A DNA stretch of 64,000 nucleotides from Candidatus Limnocylindria bacterium (GTDB lineage Bacteria; Chloroflexota; Limnocylindria; Limnocylindrales; CSP1-4): positions 3,551-67,550 of the forward strand of contig DATKBR010000078.1 in the NCBI GenBank assembly GCA_035513775.1. Direction: 5' to 3'. Positions 39,925 to 49,897 of this stretch are shown piece after piece. The position numbers and the translations under genes were made by a program. The notes under the pieces were generated by a model. The model made no database searches. It was given only the letters and a program-made list of their open reading frames with translations, and was not told the DNA's origin. Within the stretch, counting starts at the first letter, position 1. Every line of letters begins with the position of its first letter.

Positions 39925-41786
39925 TCGGCGGTCCCCCACTCCTCGATGAGATCGGACAGGCCCTTGCCGGCCGGCATCATCGGGAAGACGTTCTGCTCGC
40001 CCGTGATCTCGAACCAGATCAGCGCCGGGCCCTTGGTGCCCTGCGCGAACCGGATCGCGTCATCGACCTCGGCAGGGGTCGAAGCCTTGACGGAGGGCAC
40101 GCCGTACGCCTCGGCCAGCTTGAGGTAGTCCGGGCCCATCAGCTGCGCCGAGTGGAAGTTCCCGGCGTAGATGATCTCCTGCCACTGCCGGATCATCCCC
40201 AGCTTCTTGTTGTCGAAGAGCGCGATCTTCACCGGGATCTCGTCCTGGACGAGAGTCATGAGCTCCTGGCTTGTCATCTGGAAGCCGCCGTCGCCGACGA
40301 TGGCCCAGGTCTCACGCGCAGGGTTGCCGAGGGCGGCGCCCATCGCCGCGGGGACCGCGTAGCCCATGGTGCCGAGCCCGCCCGACGACAGGTGCGTGTT
40401 CGGGTGGCGGAAGCCGGCGTAGCGGGCCAGCCACATCTGGTTCTGGCCGACGTCGCCGACGTAGATGCCCTCGTGGTCGGTCAGCTCGCCGATGCGCTGG
40501 ACCACGTAGTCGGCGGAGAGGAGACCGTCACGCCAGGCACCGGAGCCGTGCCAAGAGCTGCCCTCCGAATCTCGCTTCCACTCGGCCAGCTGGTCGAGGT
40601 AGGGCGCGCGGCGGTCGGCGGGCACCGGGTCGAACATCGTGGTGAGCGTCGTCAGAACGCGCTTTGCGTCGCCCACGATCGGCACTTCGACCGCGACGTT
40701 CTTGCCGATCTCCGCCGGGTCGATGTCGACGTGGACGATGCGCGCGTATGGCGCGTAGGTGCGAACGTTGCCGGTCACGCGGTCGTCGAAGCGCATGCCG
40801 AGCGCAACGAGCAGGTCGGCCGACTGGATCGCTCTATTGACGTGCTTCCAGCCGTGCATGCCCATGAAGCCGTAGGCGAGCGGGTGCCGCTCGTCGATCG
40901 CGCCGATGCCCAGCAGGGTCCACGCGACCGGCGCGCCGAGCTTCTCGGCGAAGGCGAGCAGCTCCGTCTCGGCGCCGGCGTGGAGGATGCCGTGGCCGGC
41001 GAGGATCACGGGCCGCTCGGCGGCGGCGATCTCGGCAGCGGCGAGCTTCAGCTGCTTGTAGTTGCCGTCCATGGTCGGGCGGAAGCCCGGCAGGCCCGCG
41101 ACGACTTCCTCGGCTGACGGGTGCGTCACCTCGGTCGCCTGCTGGAGAGCGTCCTTGGTGATGTCGACGTGGACGGGGCCCGGGCGGCCGCTGCGCGCGA
41201 TGTGGAACGCCTCGGCGATCACCCGCGGCAGCTCGTCGGCTTCGCGGACCAGGTAGTTGTGCTTCGTCATCGGCAGGGTGATGCCGTTGATGTCGATCTC
41301 CTGGAACGCGTCCTTGCCGATCAGGGCGGACGGCACGTTGCCGGTGATCGCGACCATCGGGATGGAATCGAGCATCGCGGTCCCGATGCCCGTCACGAGG
41401 TTCGTCGCGCCGGGCCCGGACGTGCCCATGCACACCCCGACCTTCCCCGTCGCGCGGGCGTACCCGTCCGCAGCATGGGCGCCACCCTGCTCGTGGCGCA
41501 CGAGCACGTGCCGGAGCTGGGGGTAGTCGCCGAGGATGTCGTACAGCGGCAGGATCACGCCGCCCGGGTAGCTGAACATCACGTCGACGCCCTGGCGCAG
41601 CAGCCCCTCGCACAGCACGTCGGCGCCGATTCGGGGGCGAGATTCGCGCTCCCCCGTCCGGACTGCGACGGTCGACGAGCCCTCGTGGAGCATCTCGCGC
41701 TGTGCCCGCTCCACGGCGGCGGCGTGCTCCGTGCCCTCGGCGGGCATGTGGCTGCGGCGTGCGCGGCCGCGCTTGGTCAGCGTCAC
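39921..41786 (-). CDS. ilvB: Acetolactate synthase large (catalytic) subunit
   Basis: TPP-enzyme motifs (GPGATNLVTGIGTA, GDGGFQMT) over 621 aa. GTG at 41784-41786 with a GGAGGG RBS. The start could alternatively be an internal Met. Confidence 0.85.
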   Translation of the reverse strand: MTLTKRGRARRSHMPAEGTEHAAAVERAQREMLHEGSSTVAVRTGERESRPRIGADVLCEGLLRQGVDVMFSYPGGVILPLYDILGDYPQLRHVLVRHEQGGAHAADGYARATGKVGVCMGTSGPGATNLVTGIGTAMLDSIPMVAITGNVPSALIGKDAFQEIDINGITLPMTKHNYLVREADELPRVIAEAFHIARSGRPGPVHVDITKDALQQATEVTHPSAEEVVAGLPGFRPTMDGNYKQLKLAAAEIAAAERPVILAGHGILHAGAETELLAFAEKLGAPVAWTLLGIGAIDERHPLAYGFMGMHGWKHVNRAIQSADLLVALGMRFDDRVTGNVRTYAPYARIVHVDIDPAEIGKNVAVEVPIVGDAKRVLTTLTTMFDPVPADRRAPYLDQLAEWKRDSEGSSWHGSGAWRDGLLSADYVVQRIGELTDHEGIYVGDVGQNQMWLARYAGFRHPNTHLSSGGLGTMGYAVPAAMGAALGNPARETWAIVGDGGFQMTSQELMTLVQDEIPVKIALFDNKKLGMIRQWQEIIYAGNFHSAQLMGPDYLKLAEAYGVPSVKASTPAEVDDAIRFAQGTKGPALIWFEITGEQNVFPMMPAGKGLSDLIEEWGTAE

Positions 41787-41830
41787 GGCCTTGAGCCCTC
41801 CGGTTCGGTCACGTTCCCTCCGTTGACTGG

Positions 41831-41862
41831 CAAATCAAAACCCCCGCCTCTCGGCGGGGGTC
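41831..41862 (-). terminator. Intrinsic terminator (attenuator) in the ilvB leader
   Basis: On the minus strand: GACCCCCGCC-GAGA-GGCGGGGG followed by UUUUGAUUUG. It lies ~45 nt upstream of the ilvB start and directly after the stop of an Ile/Leu/Val-rich leader ORF. Confidence 0.7.
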
Positions 41863-41888
41863 CGTTGGGTCCTGGTGGTGCTGATCGC

Positions 41889-42089
41889 CTAGCGATCGTC
41901 CCGCCGTGTCCCTCCGTGCTCCCGCCGGTTCGTAATGAGGAGTACGAACTCCTCGATCGCGACCAGGATCGAGCGAATAAGGGAGAGGGCGGGTACCTCG
42001 GGAGTCTCGACGGGCAGCTGCACGCGGCGGCCGTCGGACGTCACGGCGACGACCACGGGGCGGCGATCAGGCTCGTTCGAGAAGCTCAC
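41889..42089 (-). promoter_or_regulatory. Putative ilvBNC leader peptide ORF (Ile/Leu/Val-rich), attenuation control
   Basis: 66-codon ORF ending in ...PVVVAVTSDGRRVQLPVETPEVPALSLIRSILVAIEEFVLLITNRREHGGTRRDDR*. Its stop (TAG at 41889-41891) sits 27 nt before the terminator stem. An upstream ACGGCGGGAC segment could pair with the terminator's 5' arm as an antiterminator. Confidence 0.5.
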
Positions 42090-42227
42090 GACTCGCGGAG
42101 TCTAGCCGCAGGAACGTTGAATCCGCAACCGGACCATCGAACCGGGTGCTGGAGCGATCGTCCGGGGCAGTTGGCTGCGGTCCGAGTCGGTTCGAAAAAG
42201 CGACCTCGGCCTTCGCGATGGCCGGCC

Positions 42228-42650
42228 TCAACGGGCGCGCCGCGACCCGGGCGTTGCGGGCGCTGACGTCGCGGGCGCTGACGTCGCGGGCGTTGGCGAC
42301 GAGCCGCGTGCCGACAGGCGTCGGGCGCGATACCAGGCGAGGTACTCCAGCAGCTCGTCGCGCTCGTCCTCGGTGATGTCCGCGAAGAGCGCCGCCCCGA
42401 TCGAGTCCGCCTTGAGCGGCTGCTGCTCACCCGGTACGGGGTAGCCACTGAGCCGCATGAGCTCTGCATAGGGAACCGCCAGTGCCTCGCTCAGCCTGTG
42501 GAGGACCGGCGGCGAGGGCTTCTTTACGGCGTCGTGCTCGAGCTTGCTGAGGTAGGCCGCCGAGATTCCGGCGGCGCGCGCGACTTCGGTCGCGGACAGC
42601 GCCCGTACCGCGCGAGTTCGCCTCAGCAACGGACCGATTTGTGGTGACAT
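42228..42650 (-). CDS. XRE-family helix-turn-helix transcriptional regulator
   Basis: HTH LSATEVARAAGISAAYLSKLE. ATG at 42648-42650 with an AGGTG RBS. The C-terminal PATSAPATSAPAT repeat is encoded by 15-bp tandem repeats. Confidence 0.7.
   Translation of the reverse strand: MSPQIGPLLRRTRAVRALSATEVARAAGISAAYLSKLEHDAVKKPSPPVLHRLSEALAVPYAELMRLSGYPVPGEQQPLKADSIGAALFADITEDERDELLEYLAWYRARRLSARGSSPTPATSAPATSAPATPGSRRAR
42241..42300. repeat. 15-bp tandem repeat (GCGGGCGCTGACGTC, 2 perfect + 2 degenerate copies) inside the XRE regulator 3' end
   Basis: 42256-42270 and 42271-42285 are identical, and the flanking copies are degenerate. They encode the PATSA repeats. Confidence 0.8.
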
Positions 42651-42807
42651 TACACCTGCATTCCTACAGTTGAGATGAAAACCCACAGTTGACAATAGCC
42701 CGGCTCGTGGTCTACTTCAAGTGACAGCATTGGCCGGAGCGCAAGCCCGGCGGAGGTCCGTAGGCCCCCGCTTCCCCGGATGCCGTGTGAGGCGACCAGG
42801 AGGAAGC

Positions 42808-43011
42808 ATGACCGTGGATCAGGCAATCACCGCATGGGAATCCATGCTCACCGACGCAAACGCCACCGTACCCGCGGCCGGCCAACCGAGCACGCTGCGG
42901 GGCCACGCGGTCGTCGCGCTGAGAACGACGCTTCTTCTCCTCCTCGCCGCGGTGGCGATCCTGGTGCTGCTCCCGGCAGCGGTGGCAGCCCAGGCTGTGC
43001 TCCTGGGCTGA
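42808..43011 (+). CDS. Small tail-anchored membrane protein (67 aa), hypothetical
   Basis: Strong RBS AGGAGGAA 5 nt before the ATG at 42808. C-terminal hydrophobic helix LLLLLAAVAILVLLPAAVAAQAVLLG. Divergent from the XRE regulator. Confidence 0.5.
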   Translation: MTVDQAITAWESMLTDANATVPAAGQPSTLRGHAVVALRTTLLLLLAAVAILVLLPAAVAAQAVLLG

Positions 43012-43234
43012 GTCCGCGCACAAGGCCAGCTTGGACGTCGCGGGGGCGCGGGGCTGATCGCGCGCCAGCGCGACAACCGGATCTACGCCGGACACGGGCC
43101 GCACTCGGCGGTACCGGCCCGGCGTCTTCATATTCCGGCCTTCCGCGTCCCGCGCAAGGCGCTCACCGCTTCCCGACGGCGTACCCTCGCCGTTGCCGAC
43201 CCCGGATCGGCGGCAGCCTGGAGGCCTCCCGCGC

Positions 43235-44203
43235 ATGACCTACTCCATCGTCGCGCTTGACCCGGCGACCGGCGACCTGGGCGTCGCGACTCAATCGAAG
43301 TTCCTCGCCGTCGGCGCCGTCGTGCCGTGGGCGAAGGCGGGCGTCGGGGCGGTCGCGACTCAGTCGTTCGCGAACGTGACGTACGGCCCGGAGGGCCTTG
43401 CCGCGCTCGCCGGTGGCAGCTCGGCAGCAGCGGCGCTGGACCGGCTCGTGGCCGCCGACGCGCTTCGCAGCCAGCGGCAGGCTGGGATCGTCGATGCGCA
43501 CGGGGGCGCGGCGACCTACACCGGCAACGAATGCTTCGCCTGGGCGGGCGGCCGTACGGGATCGGGCTTTGCGACGCAGGGCAACATCCTTGCCCGGGCT
43601 GCGGTCGTGGACGGGCTCGCCGATACCTTCACCGCCGGTGGCAGGCCATTCCCGGAGCTGCTGATCGCCTGCCTGGCCGCCGCCGACGCCGAGGGCGGCG
43701 ATCGACGCGGCCGCGAGTCTGCCGCTCTCCTGATCGTGCGCGAAGGCGGCGGCTACGGCGGCGGCAACGACCGCTGGATGGACCTCCGCGTCGACCATCA
43801 CGACGACCCAATCGGGGAGCTGGGTCGCCTGCTGGAGCTCCACCACCTCTACCTGGACCATCCGGCGATTGGGGACCTCACGCCCCTGGACGAGACACTC
43901 GCCGCAGAGGTGAGCGCGGCTCTCGAGCGCGTCGGCGCCGCGCCGGGCGGTCGATTCGGGGCCGTATACCAGCCGATGTGGCAGGCCTCGGGTGGCGACC
44001 CGCCCGAGGGCGCGAACGGTGACGCCGGCGAGCGACCGATGACCGGCACGCCCCGGCCACTGCCCTCGAACTGGGACGGCACGTGGCAGGGCGCGCTCGA
44101 AGACTGGATGGGCGTCGAGAACCTCGAGGAGCGCACCGCGGCTCCCGGCTGGATCGATCCGCGCGTCCTCGCCGTCCTCCGCGACAGGGCCCGCGCCACC
44201 TGA
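43235..44203 (+). CDS. DUF1028-family (Ntn-hydrolase-like) protein
   Basis: MTYSIVALDPATGDLGVATQSKFLAVGAVVPWAKAGVGAVATQS is the typical DUF1028 N-terminus, with a nucleophile position right after Met. GGAGG RBS. Confidence 0.7.
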   Translation: MTYSIVALDPATGDLGVATQSKFLAVGAVVPWAKAGVGAVATQSFANVTYGPEGLAALAGGSSAAAALDRLVAADALRSQRQAGIVDAHGGAATYTGNECFAWAGGRTGSGFATQGNILARAAVVDGLADTFTAGGRPFPELLIACLAAADAEGGDRRGRESAALLIVREGGGYGGGNDRWMDLRVDHHDDPIGELGRLLELHHLYLDHPAIGDLTPLDETLAAEVSAALERVGAAPGGRFGAVYQPMWQASGGDPPEGANGDAGERPMTGTPRPLPSNWDGTWQGALEDWMGVENLEERTAAPGWIDPRVLAVLRDRARAT

Positions 44204-44321
44204 GGCTCGCTCGCGTCACGTCCCGTCGTGATCGCCGTAGATGACCTCATCGCTTCGTTCCTCACCGCTCAGCCGCTAGAGTTGGCGGACGGGGCGACAC
44301 TATCGGGCACAATTGGCGGCC

Positions 44322-45791
44322 ATGACCGCGCAGGCATCGAACGTCACGCCGCAACGCCCGCAGCGCACGCTGGTCGAGAAGATCTGGGACGACCACGTCG
44401 TCGCGGAGGGCCGGGACGCCCCGACCGTGCTCGCCATCGACCTGCACCTGGTCCACGAGGTCACCAGCCCGCAGGCGTTCACCGGCCTCCGGCGCCGCGG
44501 GCTGACCGTCCGGCACCCGGAGCGAACGGTGGCGACCGCGGACCATTCCGTGCCCACGACGCCGCGCAACCTGCCCATCCTCGACGGGATGGCCGCGGCC
44601 CAGGTAGAGCAGCTGACGACCAACTGCCGCGACTTCGGCATCCCGCTGCACGGCCTCGGCGACCCGAACCAGGGCATCGTCCACGTCATCGGGCCACAGC
44701 TCGGGCTGACGCAGCCGGGCATGACGATCGTGTGCGGCGACTCGCACACGAGCACCCACGGGGCGTTCGGCGCGCTCGCATTCGGCATCGGCACGAGCGA
44801 GGTCGAGATGGTCCTCGCGACGCAATGCCTGCTCCAGCGGCGCCCGAAGACGTACGAGGTCATGGTCGATGGCCGGCTCGCGCCGGGTGTCTCCGCGAAA
44901 GACGTGATCCTCAACCTGCTCTCGCGCATCGGCTTCGCGGGCGGCACGGGACATGTCTTCGAATACCGCGGGCCGGCAGTCGAGGCGCTGTCGATGGAGC
45001 AGCGCATGACGATCTGCAACATGTCGATCGAGGGGGGTGCGCGAGCCGGGCTCATCGCGCCGGACGACACCACCTACCAGTACCTCGCGGGCCGCGCCCA
45101 CGCGCCGAAGTTCGCCGACTGGGACGCCGCGGTGGAGCAGTGGCGCTCGCTCCCGACCGACGCCGGCGCGGCGTTCGACAAGACGATCTCCATGGACGCA
45201 TCCGCGCTGGAGCCGATGATCACCTACGGCACGAACCCCGGCATGGGCCTGCCGATCTCCGGCCGCGTCCCGGATCCGGCGGCCGCGGACGACGGGCCGG
45301 GCCGCCGCGCGCTCGAGGCGGCGCTCGGCTACATGGACCTCACGCCGGGCCAGCCGATCCTCGGCCAGAAGGTCGACGTCGTGTTCGTCGGCTCGTGCAC
45401 GAACGGGCGCATCAGCGACCTGCGTCTCGCCGCGGCTGCGCTCAAGGGGCGTCGCGTCGCCGACGGCGTGCGGATGATGGTCGTGCCGGGCTCTGACGAG
45501 GTGAAGCGCGAGGCGGAGCGAGAGGGCCTGCACGAGGTCTTCCGCGCCGCGGGCGCCGACTGGCGCGAGGCCGGCTGCTCCATGTGCATCGCGATGAACG
45601 GCGACCAGCTCGCGCCGGGCCAGTACGCGGTGAGCACGTCGAACCGGAACTTCGAGGGCCGTCAGGGCAAGGGCGGCCGCACATTCCTTGCGTCGCCGCT
45701 CACCGCCGCCGCGTCCGCGGTGGCGGGGGTGATTGCCGACCCTCGCCTCCTGCCCGGCATCGAGACCCTCGCCGCGGTGGGCGGTCGCTGA
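44322..45791 (+). CDS. leuC: 3-isopropylmalate dehydratase large subunit
   Basis: Aconitase-family motifs and the Fe-S ligand region GSCTNGR...[11 protein letters not shown] at 44322. Confidence 0.9.
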   Translation: MTAQASNVTPQRPQRTLVEKIWDDHVVAEGRDAPTVLAIDLHLVHEVTSPQAFTGLRRRGLTVRHPERTVATADHSVPTTPRNLPILDGMAAAQVEQLTTNCRDFGIPLHGLGDPNQGIVHVIGPQLGLTQPGMTIVCGDSHTSTHGAFGALAFGIGTSEVEMVLATQCLLQRRPKTYEVMVDGRLAPGVSAKDVILNLLSRIGFAGGTGHVFEYRGPAVEALSMEQRMTICNMSIEGGARAGLIAPDDTTYQYLAGRAHAPKFADWDAAVEQWRSLPTDAGAAFDKTISMDASALEPMITYGTNPGMGLPISGRVPDPAAADDGPGRRALEAALGYMDLTPGQPILGQKVDVVFVGSCTNGRISDLRLAAAALKGRRVADGVRMMVVPGSDEVKREAEREGLHEVFRAAGADWREAGCSMCIAMNGDQLAPGQYAVSTSNRNFEGRQGKGGRTFLASPLTAAASAVAGVIADPRLLPGIETLAAVGGR

Positions 45792-45794
45792 GCG

Positions 45795-46466
45795 ATGCCC
45801 GACGAGCCGTACGCCTCCTTCTCCAGTCGGGTCATTCCGCTGCCCGCGGAGAACGTCGACACGGACCAGATCGTGCCGGCTCGCTACCTGAAGGTGACCG
45901 ACAAGGCCGGCCTGGGCGAGGCCCTCTTCCGCGACTGGCGGTACGAGGCGGACGGGTCCATGAAGAATCCCGCCTTCGTGCTGGACCGGCCGGAGATGGC
46001 GGGCCGCCGGATCCTGCTGGCCGGCGACAACTTCGGCTGCGGCTCATCGCGGGAGCACGCGCCGTGGGCGCTGGTCGCGTGGGGTATCCGCGCCGTGATC
46101 ACGACCAGCTGTGCGGACATCTTCCGCAGCAACGCGCTCAAGAACGGCCTGCTGCCGATCCTCGTCGCGCCCGAGCGCCTGACCCACCTGTTCGAGCTCG
46201 CCGCCCAGGACCCCAACCTCGAGCTCACCGTTGATCTCGAGTCCCAGGTCGTGCACCTGCCGGGCGACGAGGACCTCCCCTTCGACGTCGACCCGTTCTC
46301 GAAGTTGATGCTCCTCAAAGGCACCGACGAGCTCGGCTACCTGCTGGGCAAGGCCGATGCGATCGAGACGTGGGAGCGAGGCCACCCCGCGAGAGTCGAT
46401 ACGCGGCCGGCGGCCGGAACTGCAAGCCCGCTGCCGGACGCACGCTCAGGCGCGCGAGTGGGCTGA
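45795..46466 (+). CDS. leuD: 3-isopropylmalate dehydratase small subunit
   Basis: Aconitase swivel domain (GDNFGCGSSREHAPWAL). Begins 4 nt after the leuC stop. Confidence 0.85.
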   Translation: MPDEPYASFSSRVIPLPAENVDTDQIVPARYLKVTDKAGLGEALFRDWRYEADGSMKNPAFVLDRPEMAGRRILLAGDNFGCGSSREHAPWALVAWGIRAVITTSCADIFRSNALKNGLLPILVAPERLTHLFELAAQDPNLELTVDLESQVVHLPGDEDLPFDVDPFSKLMLLKGTDELGYLLGKADAIETWERGHPARVDTRPAAGTASPLPDARSGARVG

Positions 46467-46502
46467 GACGCCCGTCCGACGGCGCTGTGTCACGATCCGG
46501 CG

Positions 46503-47678
46503 GTGAATCCGCTGGACCTGGTCGCGGTCGCGATTCTCGTGGTCGCGGTCCTCCTCGGCGTTCGATCGGGGGCCCTCCCGCAACTGCTCGGCCTGACCGG
46601 CGCCGCCATCGCGGCCCTCGCCGGCCTCGCGCTCCTGCCCACCGTCACGCCCTTCCTGGACGACCTGCCCGCGGTGGTTCGCGCGATCGTGGTGCTTTCG
46701 GTGCTGATGGGGCTGATAGGGCTGGGCGAAGCGCTCGGCGCGACGGCCGGTCGCGCGGCGTCACAGGCGCTTGGCGAGGGCTTCCTCGGCGCGCTCGATC
46801 GGGCCGGCGGGGCGCTCGTCGGCGTCGCGCAGGCCGTCCTGATCCTGTGGCTCGCCGGCGGCGTCGTCGCCTCCGGCCCGTTCCCGAACCTGAGCCAGAT
46901 CGCCCAGAATTCGACCGCGCTTCGGGTGATCGACGGGTTCCTCCCGCCACCAACGGAGATCGTCCTCGAGCTCGGCAACCTCCTTCACGACAGCGGCCTC
47001 CCGAACGTCTTCATCGGGCTCGAGCCGCTGCCGGCGCCGGAAATCGACCTGCCATCCGACGCGCTCGCGCGGGCGCTGGGCGAGGCCGCCGCCCCGTCCG
47101 TGCTGCGGGTCATCGCCGATGGCTGCGACAAACAAGCCCGCGGCACCTCGTTCGTCATCGCGCCCGAGTACCTGGTAACCAATGCGCACGTGGTGGTCGG
47201 CGCGGACAGCGTGCTCGTCCAGACCTCCGCCGAGTCGTACCCGGCCACGCTCGTCCTGATCGACCTGGAACTCGATGTCGCCGTGCTGCACGTGAACGAC
47301 CTCGACGCCCCGTCGCTCACCTTTACCTCCAGCGAGCCCACGCGCGGTGCGCTCGGCGCGACCGTCGGCTTTCCCGGGGTCGAGAACAAGACCGTCGAGC
47401 CGGCGACGGTCGCGGCGACCTACTTCGCCACCGGCCTCGACGTCACCGGCGAGGCTCGGGTCACGCGGCGGATCCTGGAGCTCCGGGCGCAGGTCTCGCC
47501 CGGCAACAGCGGCGGCCCATTGGTGCTCGAGGACGGCACCGTCGGCGGCGTGGTGTTCGCCGAGTCCCGTGTCGATCCGGCGGTCGGCTACGCCCTGTCG
47601 CCGCTCGAGGTGCTCGACCGGATCTCACCTGCCCTGGGGAGTACCGTGGCGGTCTCGACCGGACCCTGCGTCGGCTAG
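46503..47678 (+). CDS. CvpA-family membrane domain fused to a trypsin-like serine protease (MarP-like)
   Basis: Four N-terminal TM helices (CvpA-like) plus an S1 protease domain with TNAHVV (His), D and GNSGGP (Ser). Confidence 0.8.
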   Translation: MNPLDLVAVAILVVAVLLGVRSGALPQLLGLTGAAIAALAGLALLPTVTPFLDDLPAVVRAIVVLSVLMGLIGLGEALGATAGRAASQALGEGFLGALDRAGGALVGVAQAVLILWLAGGVVASGPFPNLSQIAQNSTALRVIDGFLPPPTEIVLELGNLLHDSGLPNVFIGLEPLPAPEIDLPSDALARALGEAAAPSVLRVIADGCDKQARGTSFVIAPEYLVTNAHVVVGADSVLVQTSAESYPATLVLIDLELDVAVLHVNDLDAPSLTFTSSEPTRGALGATVGFPGVENKTVEPATVAATYFATGLDVTGEARVTRRILELRAQVSPGNSGGPLVLEDGTVGGVVFAESRVDPAVGYALSPLEVLDRISPALGSTVAVSTGPCVG

Positions 47679-47694
47679 CGGCTAGCATCCGCCG

Positions 47695-49425
47695 GTGACC
47701 ATGTCCGAGACCACGGCGGGTTCGGCCGCCGGCGAGACCCTGCGCTCGCTGGCAGACCGCTTCTGGGACGGCTACCTCGCCGCCTACCCGACATGGGCGA
47801 CTGTCATCGGCGACCGCCGCTTCGACGACAAGCTCGAGGAGGTGTCGCCGGCCGCGATCGACGGCCGGCTCCGCTGGCTCGACGGCATCACGACGGCCGC
47901 CACCGCGATCGCCGCCGACGAGCTCTCCACGATGGAGCGGGTCACGCGCCAGATGCTCATCGACGAGGCGGGCGGGCACGCGGCGGCACTCCGGACGCGC
48001 CTGCACGAGTGGACGGTCGACCCGCTCGGCGGGCCGACCGTCAGCCTGCTGGACCTCGTCGACTACCAGACGATCACGACGCCCGAGGACGGCCAGGCGC
48101 TGGTCGCGCGCTGGCGGGAGATCGGCCGATACATGGACGGGCTGGGCGCGAACCTGCGCGAGGCGGCCGCCGACGGGTACGTCGCGGTGGCGAAGCCCGT
48201 CGAACGGGTCCTGGACGTGCTGACGCACCTCGAGGCGACGGCGCCGGAGGAGTGGAAGCTCGCCGGTCCTGCCGCCACTTCGCACGACGACTGGTCGGAT
48301 GCGGACTGCCGGCAATTCCGGGAGGCTCTCCTGGAGGCGGTGCGCGACGTCGCGGTGCCCGGCTTCCGACGCTATCGCGAGACGCTGGAGCGCGCAATCA
48401 TGCCCGTCGCCCGGTCCGTGGACACGCCCGGGCTGGTGCACGTGCCGGGCGGCGCAGCCGCGTACCGCGACTGCATCCGCTTCCACACGACGCTCGACCT
48501 GACGCCCGAGGAGATCCACGCCACCGGCCTGGCCGAGATCGAGCGCATCGACGGGGAGTTCATTGAGCTCGGCGGTCGCGTCCTGGGCACGAAGGACCTC
48601 GCGTCCACGCTGGCCGCGCTACGCGACGACCCGCGCCTCCGCTTCGAAACCGCCGACCAGGTCTTTGCGACCGCGAAAAGATCGCTGGCACGCGCGACCG
48701 CCGCTGTTACGGACTGGTTCGGCCGGATCCCGGGCGCCACGTGCGTCGTCGTCCCCGTCCCGAGCCACTCCGAGGTCCACCAGACGATCGCGTACTACTC
48801 GTGGCCCGCGCTCGACGGAAGCCGGCCCGGCCGCTACTACATCAACCTTCACGCGCCCGAGACGCGGCCCCGCTACGAGGCGGAGGCGCTCGCCTTCCAC
48901 GAGGCCGTGCCCGGCCACCACCTCCAGATCGCCGTCGCGCAGGAGCTGGAGGGGCTGCCGGCATTCCAGCGAATGCTCGGCTCCACGGCCTTCGCCGAAG
49001 GCTGGGGCCTGTACACGGAGCGCCTGTCGGACGAGATGGGCCTCTACTCCACGGAGATGGACCGCTTCGGGATTCTGTCGTTCGACGCGTGGCGGGCCGG
49101 CCGGCTCGTCGTTGACACGGGCATGCACGCGCTCGGCTGGACCCGCCAGCAGGCGATCGACTTCCTGAAGGTGCACTCCGCGCTCGGCGAGAACAACATC
49201 GTCAACGAGGTCGACCGGTACATCGTTTGGCCGGGCCAGGCGCTCGCCTACAAGATCGGCCAGCTGGAGATCCTCCGGCTGCGCGAGGAGGCCAAGGCGA
49301 GCCTCGGCGCCGCCTTCGACATCAAGGACTTCCACGACACCGTGCTCGGCGCCGGCGCGATCAGCCTGCCGGCACTCCGGGGACGCATCGCCGACTGGCT
49401 CGAGGCGCCGGCCCGAAGCGCCTAA
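47695..49425 (+). CDS. DUF885-family metallopeptidase-like protein
   Basis: 576 aa with an HExxH-like motif (FHEAVPGHHLQ) in the DUF885 architecture. Confidence 0.7.
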   Translation: MTMSETTAGSAAGETLRSLADRFWDGYLAAYPTWATVIGDRRFDDKLEEVSPAAIDGRLRWLDGITTAATAIAADELSTMERVTRQMLIDEAGGHAAALRTRLHEWTVDPLGGPTVSLLDLVDYQTITTPEDGQALVARWREIGRYMDGLGANLREAAADGYVAVAKPVERVLDVLTHLEATAPEEWKLAGPAATSHDDWSDADCRQFREALLEAVRDVAVPGFRRYRETLERAIMPVARSVDTPGLVHVPGGAAAYRDCIRFHTTLDLTPEEIHATGLAEIERIDGEFIELGGRVLGTKDLASTLAALRDDPRLRFETADQVFATAKRSLARATAAVTDWFGRIPGATCVVVPVPSHSEVHQTIAYYSWPALDGSRPGRYYINLHAPETRPRYEAEALAFHEAVPGHHLQIAVAQELEGLPAFQRMLGSTAFAEGWGLYTERLSDEMGLYSTEMDRFGILSFDAWRAGRLVVDTGMHALGWTRQQAIDFLKVHSALGENNIVNEVDRYIVWPGQALAYKIGQLEILRLREEAKASLGAAFDIKDFHDTVLGAGAISLPALRGRIADWLEAPARSA

Positions 49426-49862
49426 GCAGTGTCCCAGTCGCGGCTACGGGCCCGGCGGTCCACGGCGGCGCGGATCCGGCGATGAACCGCCGGCAGCGTG
49501 TTCATCAGGCGTTCGAACTCGTGGGACCGGATCTCAAGGGCCCGCACGTTCGTGGTCGCGGTCGCGGTCGCTGTCCGCGGCCGCTGCTCGAGCAAGGCGA
49601 TCTCGCCCAGAAACCCGCCGGCGGTCATGGATCGGATCGCCCGGTTCCCCCGCTCGATGCGAACCGTGCCGTCGACGATGATGTAGAACTCGTCGCCGTT
49701 CTCGCCCTCGAGCATGAACGAGTCGCCGGCCTTGAACGCGACCTCGTGGGCGAGGATCGCGACGGCCTGCAGGCTGCGCTCGTCGAGGTCCGCAAACAGC
49801 GGCACGCCGCGGAGGATCTCGAGCTTGTCGGTCACCCGGTGAGCATAGCGAGCCGGCCGCAA
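49422..49862 (-). CDS. Standalone cyclic-nucleotide-binding (CAP_ED) domain protein
   Basis: cNMP-binding beta-roll FKAGDSFMLEGENGDEFYIIVDGTVRI...GFLGEIALL...RTATATAT. The start is either 49862 or the GTG at 49835. Confidence 0.7.
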   Translation of the reverse strand: MRPARYAHRVTDKLEILRGVPLFADLDERSLQAVAILAHEVAFKAGDSFMLEGENGDEFYIIVDGTVRIERGNRAIRSMTAGGFLGEIALLEQRPRTATATATTNVRALEIRSHEFERLMNTLPAVHRRIRAAVDRRARSRDWDTA

Positions 49863-49897
49863 GACCCGGAGCCCCGTGCCGCGCGCCCGTGCGATCC

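Noticed and set aside
42086-42469. 127-aa ORF between the XRE gene and the ilvB leader
   Set aside because: Overlaps the XRE gene in another frame. Ser/Arg-rich low complexity. No RBS.
44204-44321. Possible leucine leader peptide upstream of leuC (MTSSLRSSPLSR)
   Set aside because: Only 2 Leu in 12 codons and no following terminator hairpin. Not convincing.
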